A stretch of DNA of 64,000 bases from a virus: positions 82,189 to 146,188 of the IMG/VR virus record IMGVR_UViG_3300030104_002421; one strand, given 5' to 3'. Positions 56,181 to 64,000 of the stretch are shown one piece after another. Under the pieces are notes generated by a model. That model was not told the origin of the DNA and ran no database searches. It saw nothing but the letters and a program-made list of their open reading frames with translations. Within the stretch, counting starts at the first letter, position 1. Every line of letters begins with the position of its first letter. A program made the translations under genes and the position numbers.

Positions 56181-57545
56181 ATGCAATTTGCAGGTGATTA
56201 TAAATTAGACAATGTAATTGTTCATAGTGCGTCAGGTTCTATTGACATCAAAGACTTATTACTAGAGTTGAATGTATATGAGAGTATTCATTCATCAAAT
56301 CTCTATGGTAATATTACCATGATGGATAGTGCCAATCATGTACAAAACATGCCTATCATTGGACAAGAAGATATAGAGTTTACTGTACAGACAGACGAAG
56401 ACACAGGCACCTTAGATTTTACAACATTTAGAGGTCGTATATACAAAGTCAATAACATGGTGCGTACGGAAGAACGACAACAAGTCTATACTATGCATTT
56501 TTGCAGTAAAGAGACAATGACCAATCAGCGTGCCAGAGTAAAGAGTGCTTATGAAGGTAGTGGTGATGAGATAGTATCAAAAATTTTTAGAGATGTACTG
56601 AAAACAAACAAATTTTTCAATGTAGAACCATCTGACCTCAAGGTAAAAGTTGTAGGCAATAACATGAAACCATTTGATTTTATCAACATGGTGCGTGATA
56701 GATGTAGAAGTACGATATTTGACGGCTCAGGGTATCTATTCTTTGAGAATAATGCAGGGTTTCATTTTAGAAGTTACGAGAGTTTATCAAATAATGCGAG
56801 TGGTCCATTAGAACCTGTAGAGAGATTTTTTGTACAACCACAAAGCCGTGATGTAACACTTGAAAAAGATATGCAATCCGTAATAGAATACCGTATTACA
56901 AAGAACCAAGATGTATTGGCTGCGTCAGTATCAGGTCTCCTTGCGAGTACACATTTTGTCTATGATTTACATACAAAATCCTATGTAAAGATAGAGAATG
57001 ACTATAACAACATGTTTGAAAATGGCGAACATACAGACGAATTTCCATTGTTTACGAATATGCCAGAAGAAGAAGGCGAGGCTAAGTCTATGTTTGATTT
57101 CCGTGAGCAACGAATAGATGTCTCTACCAGAGATACCGCATTACATACACAAAGCGCTACAGACGAAAGAAACTATAATAACCACAGTAATCAGAAACAA
57201 TTACGAAACATGATAAAACTATCCCATGACCAGTTAGTGGCAAAAGTTACCGTACCTGGTAATAGTAATCTAGCTGCAGGAGATGTTATAGAACTCCATG
57301 TGCCGAGTTATGAACCTATCAATCCAGGTGATACGAGAGTCCATGACGCTTTCCTTTCTGGTCGATGGATTATCACAAATCTTGTACATGAAATCAACAG
57401 TACACGATACACTTGCACCTTTGATTGTGTAAAAGATGGTGTTTCCGCCGAGTATGAGACTAGCGACAGTACAATCGCAAGTGAAACAAACTACGAAGAA
57501 CCACGAGGTGGCGAAGTTATCGTTGGCGATGAGGACCTAGCATAA
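56181..57545 (+). CDS. Baseplate hub protein (gp27-like)
   Basis: NVYESI, PIIGQE, YLFFEN, VPGNSNLAAGDVI, SGRWIITNLVH; lies between gp53 and gp5. Confidence 0.75.
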   Translation: MQFAGDYKLDNVIVHSASGSIDIKDLLLELNVYESIHSSNLYGNITMMDSANHVQNMPIIGQEDIEFTVQTDEDTGTLDFTTFRGRIYKVNNMVRTEERQQVYTMHFCSKETMTNQRARVKSAYEGSGDEIVSKIFRDVLKTNKFFNVEPSDLKVKVVGNNMKPFDFINMVRDRCRSTIFDGSGYLFFENNAGFHFRSYESLSNNASGPLEPVERFFVQPQSRDVTLEKDMQSVIEYRITKNQDVLAASVSGLLASTHFVYDLHTKSYVKIENDYNNMFENGEHTDEFPLFTNMPEEEGEAKSMFDFREQRIDVSTRDTALHTQSATDERNYNNHSNQKQLRNMIKLSHDQLVAKVTVPGNSNLAAGDVIELHVPSYEPINPGDTRVHDAFLSGRWIITNLVHEINSTRYTCTFDCVKDGVSAEYETSDSTIASETNYEEPRGGEVIVGDEDLA

Positions 57546-57832
57546 TGAGAGACCTTCCGTTCCGACATACAAACATCCAAGGCGTGGACAGGTATGAGAA
57601 TACTCTCCGCCTACATAGAGACGCCTCTATAGAATTAACGAGTGGAAACATCCGCCTATACACCTATGAGGCGAATGAGAGAGAACACAATATAGACATA
57701 AAGGACACCGTGATAATAAGAAATAAATCACCACGAATACACTATATAATATTAGAGAATAATATGGTGAGTCCTGTAGAGAAAACAGGTCCAAAAGAGT
57801 ATATTTTGACGAGTGAGAGACCATCATGCTAG
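57545..57832 (+). CDS. Hypothetical protein
   Basis: ORF, TAATG coupling. Confidence 0.5.
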   Translation: MRDLPFRHTNIQGVDRYENTLRLHRDASIELTSGNIRLYTYEANEREHNIDIKDTVIIRNKSPRIHYIILENNMVSPVEKTGPKEYILTSERPSC

Positions 57833-58023
57833 ACTGGATGCAGAATAGGATGAGAGTGTTGCGTGATGAAAAAGTGTATGATTTATATGAGGTTTTACAG
57901 AATAAATCTTTACAAAATTTACAAATGCCTAGTAAAGTTGTAAAGGTCGCAAAGGTGAAAAAGAATAACAAGTCTAGTCCAATAAAACTGGCAAGTTTAC
58001 GGACAAAAAAGGAAGATAAATGA
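57826..58023 (+). CDS. Hypothetical basic protein
   Basis: ORF overlapping gp5 start. Confidence 0.4.
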   Translation: MLDWMQNRMRVLRDEKVYDLYEVLQNKSLQNLQMPSKVVKVAKVKKNNKSSPIKLASLRTKKEDK

Positions 58024-59057
58024 ATTTTTTTATAGGAGTAATTGAAGACCGCAATGACCCAGAACAGCTAGGGCGTTTTCGTTGCCGTGTATTAGGGTTG
58101 CATACTGAGGATAAAGTGTTATTGCCTACAAGCGACCTGCCGTGGGCGACTGTGTTAATGCCTTCTGGTGGTAACTCTGGTCTAGGACAGACACCCCCTT
58201 TCTATGTACATGGTACTTGGGTCTATCTTACTTATAGAGATAAGGATAAACAGGAACCTATCATCCATGGAGCGCTAGCGGGCAAGCCAAGCCGTGTGGC
58301 AAACAAAGAGTTAGGATTCAATGACCCGGATGGCGTGTACCCTAAGCTGGCCAATGAGCCAGACACAAACGAGTTAGCCAGAGGGTCTCTCACAGCAGTC
58401 AACCCAGTCAATAGGAACAGTATTCGTATTACCGGTGTGGCAACGGCGGACTTTGATGGCATTGACGCTGAGAACAGCGCCTCAGGCAGTACCGTAGACC
58501 AATCAGCGGGGGGCAGTTGGGACATGCCTACCGTAGTGAGTGGCACCTACAAGCCGGAGTACCCATTCAACAAGGTCTTTGCGAGTGAGACCGGCCATGT
58601 CCTAGAGTTTGATGACACGGCAGACCAGAAGCGTCTCCACCTCAGTCATAGTGCAGGCTCCTACCTAGAGTACAGTAACGATGGCACCCTTGTGAGCCAT
58701 GTTATATCAGATAAGTATGATGTTGTCAACAGCAATCTCTATGTATCTGTAGGAGGCAATGAGGTTCACAGTACAGACGGCTCACTTAAAGTATTTGCCA
58801 ATAAGAGCTTGACAAGTGGCAACAATTATGATATAGAGGTTGGCGCAGGGGCGAACATCAACATCATGGTACGAAGCGGCGATATGAACATGCACATACT
58901 AGGCAATGTCAATCAAAGTATAGACGGCGATTTCAATGTGAGCTGCGATAACTTTACCATAGACGCTAGTAGAACGGCAAAGATAACAAGTAGAGATATG
59001 AAACTTGTTGGTAGTGATACCGTAGATGTAGATGGTGGGACTATAGACTTGAACTAG
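58020..59057 (+). CDS. gp5: Baseplate hub spike protein (gp5, no lysozyme domain)
   Basis: GVIEDRNDPEQLGRFRCRVLGLH, LPWA, YPFNKV..ETGHVLEFDDT, IDLN end. Confidence 0.9.
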   Translation: MNFFIGVIEDRNDPEQLGRFRCRVLGLHTEDKVLLPTSDLPWATVLMPSGGNSGLGQTPPFYVHGTWVYLTYRDKDKQEPIIHGALAGKPSRVANKELGFNDPDGVYPKLANEPDTNELARGSLTAVNPVNRNSIRITGVATADFDGIDAENSASGSTVDQSAGGSWDMPTVVSGTYKPEYPFNKVFASETGHVLEFDDTADQKRLHLSHSAGSYLEYSNDGTLVSHVISDKYDVVNSNLYVSVGGNEVHSTDGSLKVFANKSLTSGNNYDIEVGAGANINIMVRSGDMNMHILGNVNQSIDGDFNVSCDNFTIDASRTAKITSRDMKLVGSDTVDVDGGTIDLN

Positions 59058-59144
59058 TCGTATCAAAAACTGGAGCGTAATGCTTAATCTATAAATGCAA
59101 TAGACATTTTTGGTATACAGCCCACACACTAAAACTGGAGCAAT

Positions 59145-59642
59145 GTGAAAGACTTAAAGACTATTATAGAATCCAATCTGTATAAAATTTCATCTCAACC
59201 CAAATGGGATAACGCCTACTTTCTACCTATTAAACAAGCGAGTACAAGTGATAAAGGTCGCTTTGGTCAATCTGTCTTTGTAGATATACTGACAGAAATA
59301 GGATACAATGCGGTCATAGAGAATAATGGCATAGGTGATTATGATGTAAAGATACGACAATTACCTACAAATATAAGAGTGGAAGTCAAAACAGCGACTA
59401 TAGATGTAGGAGGTTCTTTTCAGTTTAATTCTATTAAGAAAGGTAATTACATGTATGATTATGTATTTTGTTTAGGCATATCGTATAATGAGTTATATTA
59501 TGATTTTATATCAAAAGATTTTGTGGAGAAAACATTGACAACCAATATGACCACGGAAGGTGGTGGTTTCAAATATACGAGACGACTGGATAGACAATTG
59601 ACATTTGAGAATTTAGAAAACACATTAAATACATTCATATAA
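59145..59642 (+). CDS. Restriction-endonuclease-like PD-(D/E)XK protein
   Basis: KGRFGQ, GDYDV, RVEVKTAT, FQFNSI, YDYVFCLGI; GGAG SD + GTG. Confidence 0.6.
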   Translation: MKDLKTIIESNLYKISSQPKWDNAYFLPIKQASTSDKGRFGQSVFVDILTEIGYNAVIENNGIGDYDVKIRQLPTNIRVEVKTATIDVGGSFQFNSIKKGNYMYDYVFCLGISYNELYYDFISKDFVEKTLTTNMTTEGGGFKYTRRLDRQLTFENLENTLNTFI

Positions 59643-59645
59643 ATA
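59638..59645 (+). promoter_or_regulatory. T4-type late promoter
   Basis: TATAAATA 5 nt before tRNA-like gene. Confidence 0.7.
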
Positions 59646-59650
59646 GAATT

Positions 59651-59744
59651 GCGGTCTTGGTGGAAAAAGGTAGACACGCCTTCTACTACGAATTGAAGGT
59701 GACTGAATAAGTTATTGTAGGATCATACCCTACAGACCGTACCA
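59651..59744 (+). tRNA. Non-canonical tRNA-like RNA (Leu-type body, ACG in extended anticodon arm)
   Basis: GCGGTCT/AGACCGT + ACCA, GGTGGAAAAAGGTAGACAC D arm, CCTTC/GAAGG, long variable arm, GTAGG-ATCATAC-CCTAC. Confidence 0.75.
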
Positions 59745-59746
59745 TA

Positions 59747-59793
59747 GAGAGGTGTGTAGTAAGACAGGAGGGACTTACTTCCCTCCGCCTCTC
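59747..59793 (+). ncRNA. Compact three-way RNA element with complementary loops
   Basis: GAGAGGTG/CGCCTCTC encloses TGT-AGTAAG-ACA and GGAGGGA-CTTACT-TCCCTCC. Confidence 0.5.
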
Positions 59794-59809
59794 ACACATA
59801 AATAGTGGC

Positions 59810-60118
59810 ATGATTACTCTTACAGATAACGCTTACGAACATCTACGAGACCTGAGGGACCATCATGGTATGAAGTATGTACGACTAGAGGTAACCTCTG
59901 GTGGTTGTGCTGGGTTTGAATATAAGTGGTCGTTTACGGATGATGAGGCAAGAGACGATAAAGTCTATGATGATGTTCTCATTGTGCATAAAATGTTTGA
60001 GTTATATTTAATGAATACAGAAATAGATTATACAAAAGATGATTTTAATGCTAATCTAACATTTAGTAATCCGGCTGCAAAGAGTAGTTGTGGATGTGGC
60101 ACATCTTTTTCAATATAG
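59810..60118 (+). CDS. A-type Fe-S cluster carrier (IscA/HesB family)
   Basis: ITLTDNA, GGCAGFEY, NPAAKSSCGCGTSF. Confidence 0.92.
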   Translation: MITLTDNAYEHLRDLRDHHGMKYVRLEVTSGGCAGFEYKWSFTDDEARDDKVYDDVLIVHKMFELYLMNTEIDYTKDDFNANLTFSNPAAKSSCGCGTSFSI

Positions 60119-60127
60119 GAGAATAAT

Positions 60128-60211
60128 ATGAGTTCAATGAGTGAAATAATTGCAAGAATAGAAGCATTAGAAAAACAAGTCAAAGAATTACAAGAACAAT
60201 TAGCGAAGTAA
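60128..60211 (+). CDS. Small coiled-coil peptide (27 aa)
   Basis: AGGAG SD; MSSMSEIIARIEALEKQVKELQEQLAK. Confidence 0.5.
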   Translation: MSSMSEIIARIEALEKQVKELQEQLAK

Positions 60212-60212
60212 C

Positions 60213-61637
60213 ATGAAACTACTAGGTTTACGCCTATGTGACCATGATAGTAACATTTCATATTGGGATGGTACGAAGGTACACTATATCAAATCTGAAC
60301 GAATACATGGTATTAAACATCATGGTTATAACAGTAATGTGGACGAATGGGTTACGGATATTGAGAAACATATCTCAATTGACTGGCGTAACCTAGACGG
60401 TATTGGTTTATGTGGCGATAGTGAACGCTTTGGCGTCTCTGGTGATTGTAACTGGAAAAAAATCGACCCTCTCTATAAGGATATCGAAACGGTCTTCGTT
60501 GACCATCACTTTGCCCATGCGAAATCGTATTGGATGTTAGAGGATAAAAAAATAGATGTAGTGATAGATGGTTATGGTGATTTTGGGCGTAGTTATAGTG
60601 TTTACGAAGGCAATAAACGAATAGACCAAGGTAACAGTAGAACATTAGGTAGATGTTTAGATGAATTAGGGTTTAAGTTAGGGTTTAAAGGTCATATGTT
60701 AGATATGGCAGGTAAAGTTATGGCGTATGCCAAGACAGGTGTACCAAGTGAGGTACCCAATGTCGCCTTTGATGATATACAAAAACTCTTTGAAGACCAG
60801 ACTTTTCGTGGTGTGAATGATGTAGCGACAGCTCATGTTGCAAGTGAGAACGCCTTTTTATCTTATCTTACACAATTTGGTAAAGATATTTCATATTCAG
60901 GTGGTTGTGGTCAAAATTGTGTTATCAATGGCAAACTCAAATCAAAAATTCCTGGTTTACAAATAGGACCACATTGTCCTGATGACGGTCTTTCTCTTGG
61001 TGCTTTAAAAGTTATATCAGACCACATGAATAATAAAAATAAAGGATTCCCTGATGAAGAAATGAGTATAGAAAATTTTCCATTTATACAGGCAGATGAG
61101 GCACCTAAAACTACACCATCTATATCAACAATTCGTAAAGTATGTAATCTGTTAAAGAATGACAAAGTGGTTGCATGGTATCAAGGTCATGGTGAAATAG
61201 GACCAAGAGCGTTAGGTAATCGTAGTATATTGTATAGTGCAAGAGGGAGTAAAGAAAGAATAAACGAAATCAAACAAAGAGAAAACTTTAGACCTTTTGG
61301 TGCAAGTATATTAAATGGTTTTCAGGAAAAATATTTTCATTGTGATTTTGAAAGTCCATATATGTTGTATGTGGTACAAAACAAGACAAGAAATTTTCCT
61401 GCAATTACACATAACGATAACTCTACACGAATACATACTGTTAAGTCAAGTCAAAATGCCGTCTTTCATACCTTGTTAACAGAATATGTTATTACAACAG
61501 GTGTACCTATGTTATTAAATACAAGTTTAAATATAAATGGCAAACCTATTGCCTCAACAATCGCTGAGGCGGAACGCCTATATAATACAACAAGCATTGA
61601 CGCTTTGTGTGTTGGAGATAGATTATGGATAAAATAA
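60213..61637 (+). CDS. Carbamoyltransferase (NodU/CmcH family)
   Basis: HDS, ER, DHHFAHA, DGYGD, AGKVMA, GPRALGNRSIL, KQRENFRPF, LLNTSLN..GKPI. Confidence 0.92.
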   Translation: MKLLGLRLCDHDSNISYWDGTKVHYIKSERIHGIKHHGYNSNVDEWVTDIEKHISIDWRNLDGIGLCGDSERFGVSGDCNWKKIDPLYKDIETVFVDHHFAHAKSYWMLEDKKIDVVIDGYGDFGRSYSVYEGNKRIDQGNSRTLGRCLDELGFKLGFKGHMLDMAGKVMAYAKTGVPSEVPNVAFDDIQKLFEDQTFRGVNDVATAHVASENAFLSYLTQFGKDISYSGGCGQNCVINGKLKSKIPGLQIGPHCPDDGLSLGALKVISDHMNNKNKGFPDEEMSIENFPFIQADEAPKTTPSISTIRKVCNLLKNDKVVAWYQGHGEIGPRALGNRSILYSARGSKERINEIKQRENFRPFGASILNGFQEKYFHCDFESPYMLYVVQNKTRNFPAITHNDNSTRIHTVKSSQNAVFHTLLTEYVITTGVPMLLNTSLNINGKPIASTIAEAERLYNTTSIDALCVGDRLWIK

Positions 61638-61825
61638 AAAATTTTAAAATATTTACAAATGCAAATAAATTATTTGATGGACTTAAAGTTGCCATTAATG
61701 TAAGTGAAGTAGATTGTATATATGAAGATGTACTTGATGGACCAAATACAAGACTTTGGTCACCAAATAATGAATGGTCAGTAAAAGAAGACTTTGATAC
61801 TGTTATGAAAATTATAAACGAATGA
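61625..61825 (+). CDS. Hypothetical protein
   Basis: ORF, coupled. Confidence 0.55.
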   Translation: MDKIKNFKIFTNANKLFDGLKVAINVSEVDCIYEDVLDGPNTRLWSPNNEWSVKEDFDTVMKIINE

Positions 61826-62493
61826 ATTATTTTCCTACAACGATAATAGATAATTTTTTACCAGACCCAAAATGGGTAAGAGACTTTGCCCTATCTGATA
61901 AAATAGAATGGCATACTGATGAGAAAGGTATGTGGCCGGGCGAAAGGTCTCAAATGTTATTTGAAGTAGATAACAATTTGTTTCAGTTTATTATGCAACG
62001 ATACTTTACACATTTTTATTCACCTGATGATTTAGATAAAGTTTCGTTTACGGCACGGATGCAGTTTCAAAAAATAAATGCAAGTTATGATAAGGGTTGG
62101 GTACATAATGACCATCCTTTTATTTCTACATTTATTTTATATCTTACACCTAACGCCAATCCAAAAAGTGGTACAGGTTTATATTCGCCAAAAAATTTAC
62201 AAAGTGGTGTTAAACACATAACAAAAAAGATAGACGCTTATATAGCAGGAGAGAGCGCAGAGCAATATAGAGTTGACCACAATGCACAATTCATTCAAAA
62301 TACTTTTGTGTCAAATGTTTATAACAGACTAGTAAGTTTTGATAGTTCATTGTGGCATGGTGTCGAAGATTTTAAAAATGATGAAGACAGATTAACATTG
62401 GTTATGTTTTTACAAGACTTAGCAGGACCGGCAACAACAATACAACGAGCAAGAGCGTTGCCGTTTATGAGAGATGTTTCAGGTAATAAATGA
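61822..62493 (+). CDS. 2OG-Fe(II) oxygenase-like protein
   Basis: IIDNFLPDP, WPGERS, GWVHND, LYLTP, NVYNRLVSFD..WHG, RLTLVMF. Confidence 0.8.
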   Translation: MNYFPTTIIDNFLPDPKWVRDFALSDKIEWHTDEKGMWPGERSQMLFEVDNNLFQFIMQRYFTHFYSPDDLDKVSFTARMQFQKINASYDKGWVHNDHPFISTFILYLTPNANPKSGTGLYSPKNLQSGVKHITKKIDAYIAGESAEQYRVDHNAQFIQNTFVSNVYNRLVSFDSSLWHGVEDFKNDEDRLTLVMFLQDLAGPATTIQRARALPFMRDVSGNK

Positions 62494-63083
62494 GAGACGC
62501 TTGGTTAAGAAACCATTTTAGTATTCCTGTTGTTGAAACTTTTTTGAATGTTAATACAGAGCAAATGGCAAATGACATATACGAACACAGTAAAAATAAT
62601 AAAGGTATGTCAAAGAGTAATGAAGGTGGTTATCAATCAGATAATATTAAACATGCTGATACTACGGAGTTTAAATCTTTTTATTCACAATTACAAGAAG
62701 AAGTAAATCGTTATGTGGAACATGTAAAGTGTCCACAACCAGATGATATATTCTCATGGTATAATATCAATGCATACAAAGATTATAACCAAGAACATTT
62801 ACACCCTGGTGCAATTGTTTCAGGTGTATTTTATGTTAAAGTGCCTGAAGATAGTGGCACATTTTCTTTTATACACCCAGCGGAAGATTATATAGATATG
62901 TTTTGGAATAATGCAAAACGGTCAGACGGTTTATTAAGAAAAAATAATTACAAAGGCACTAGATGGGAACTAGAACCTAAAGAAAAATTACTGATACTAT
63001 TTCCTAGTTGGTTAAAACATTATGTCAAACCTAACAACAATAAAACGGAAAAAAGAATTAGTATATCTTTTAACTACTACTAG
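62490..63083 (+). CDS. 2OG-Fe(II) oxygenase-like protein
   Basis: SNEGGYQS, WYNIN, HLHPG..SGVFY, LFPSWLKHYV, RISISFN. Confidence 0.85.
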   Translation: MRDAWLRNHFSIPVVETFLNVNTEQMANDIYEHSKNNKGMSKSNEGGYQSDNIKHADTTEFKSFYSQLQEEVNRYVEHVKCPQPDDIFSWYNINAYKDYNQEHLHPGAIVSGVFYVKVPEDSGTFSFIHPAEDYIDMFWNNAKRSDGLLRKNNYKGTRWELEPKEKLLILFPSWLKHYVKPNNNKTEKRISISFNYY

Positions 63084-63171
63084 ATATTGTGTCTAAAATT
63101 TATTTACACATATTTGTAAAATCCTCGTTTTTGGAGTATATATAGTATGCTGCCTTTTCAGACCTAAACCT

Positions 63172-63540
63172 ATGAAGATACTGAATGCTAAACACATAGA
63201 GTTTCCAGAATACCATAAGGTCTATCATCTAAACATGCTCGGCAATTTCATAGACTATAGAGATAACAAACGACATAGTTCTTCTAGTCAAAAGTTCAGA
63301 CTTGAATCCTTAATCAAAGATATAGATATACACGGCATGTTACATCCTATTATTGTTTCATGGAATGCTTTTAATGTATCTGTCGGCCATCAACGAGTAT
63401 GGTACGCCAAAGAAAAAGGATATACTCACATAGATTGTTACCATGTAGAAAATCAGGAACAATGGGAGAAAGTTTTTCAATACACACAATCAGATGAATA
63501 CTGGCAAAAGAACCAGAACAGTAAATATGCAGAAATCTGA
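63172..63540 (+). CDS. ParB/sulfiredoxin-like domain protein
   Basis: DIDIHGMLHPIIV...GHQRVW. Confidence 0.65.
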   Translation: MKILNAKHIEFPEYHKVYHLNMLGNFIDYRDNKRHSSSSQKFRLESLIKDIDIHGMLHPIIVSWNAFNVSVGHQRVWYAKEKGYTHIDCYHVENQEQWEKVFQYTQSDEYWQKNQNSKYAEI

Positions 63541-64000
63541 TATTGAAATTGTAGATATACCAAACGGTACACAAAGAGTATTACGATTTGGTGATAAACT
63601 TGTACAAGGTCGTATGAATAAAGATGGGTCTTTATCGTTAGACTATTTCAAACAGTTAATGCATGCCTTTGAACATATAGACAATGTAAAAAAGGTTTGT
63701 ATTCTCGGACTAGGTGCAGGTTGTTTACACAGATACATACATAAAAATTATCCTGATGTACAGATAGATACTGTAGAAATTTTACCAGAGTTGGTAGAGA
63801 TTGCCAGAGAAAAATTTTATTTACCTGATAGTGACCGTATTCGTATTTTTATCGAAGATGCTCGGACTTGGGTAAAGAAACATAGTGGTTATGATATTGT
63901 TATCGTAGATTTGTATGACGAATGGGAACAAGTATATATAGATGATAGAGATTTAAAAAAACTAGGCAAATTAATCGCCTATAATTCTCTTATAAATAAA
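63527..64000 (+). CDS. Spermidine-synthase-like SAM-dependent transferase (partial, runs off window)
   Basis: VCILGLGAG, IDTVEILPELVEIA, IEDA, YDIVIVD; open to window end. Confidence 0.8.
   Translation, partial: MQKSDIEIVDIPNGTQRVLRFGDKLVQGRMNKDGSLSLDYFKQLMHAFEHIDNVKKVCILGLGAGCLHRYIHKNYPDVQIDTVEILPELVEIAREKFYLPDSDRIRIFIEDARTWVKKHSGYDIVIVDLYDEWEQVYIDDRDLKKLGKLIAYNSLINK

Noticed and set aside
59747-59800. HDV-like (theta) ribozyme after the tRNA-like gene
   Set aside because: Lacks the P1.1 GG, the catalytic-C J4/2 strand and a downstream P2 strand; topology does not fit.
1-64000. Stop-codon reassignment
   Set aside because: Core genes are full length under the standard code, and TAA, TAG and TGA all end genes.

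Overview
AT-rich 64-kb segment of a T4-like myovirus genome, most like marine pelagimyophage-type phages. An alphaproteobacterial host is inferred from a two-piece tmRNA with the GGCAGUA T-loop. Core T4-like genes: gp61, nrdA, nrdB, nrdC, rnh, gp33, gp59, gp32, gp26/gp51, gp54-like, gp2, gp4, gp48, gp53, gp27-like, gp5 and a tape-measure-like gene, with both TATAAATA late promoters and sigma70-type promoters. Accessory content: (1) a late-promoter-driven CsgF/CsgG/curlin + FecR + CHASE2-adenylate cyclase module that looks like a trans-envelope signalling system; (2) a glycosyltransferase / radical SAM / methyltransferase / NadE / nucleotide-sugar dehydrogenase cluster; (3) about nine 2OG-Fe(II) oxygenases, a carbamoyltransferase, IscA, PhoH, a lipase and spanins. 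The RNA layer is the most unusual part: a tRNA-Thr nested in-frame inside a protein-coding gene, a permuted tmRNA, a Leu-bodied tRNA-like RNA with an Arg(ACG) loop, several unannotated structured RNAs with kissing-loop potential, and a probable -1 frameshift fusing gp26 to gp51. Codon pairs suggest avoidance of GCATC/GATGC. All calls come from reading motifs by eye; no searches or folding programs were run.
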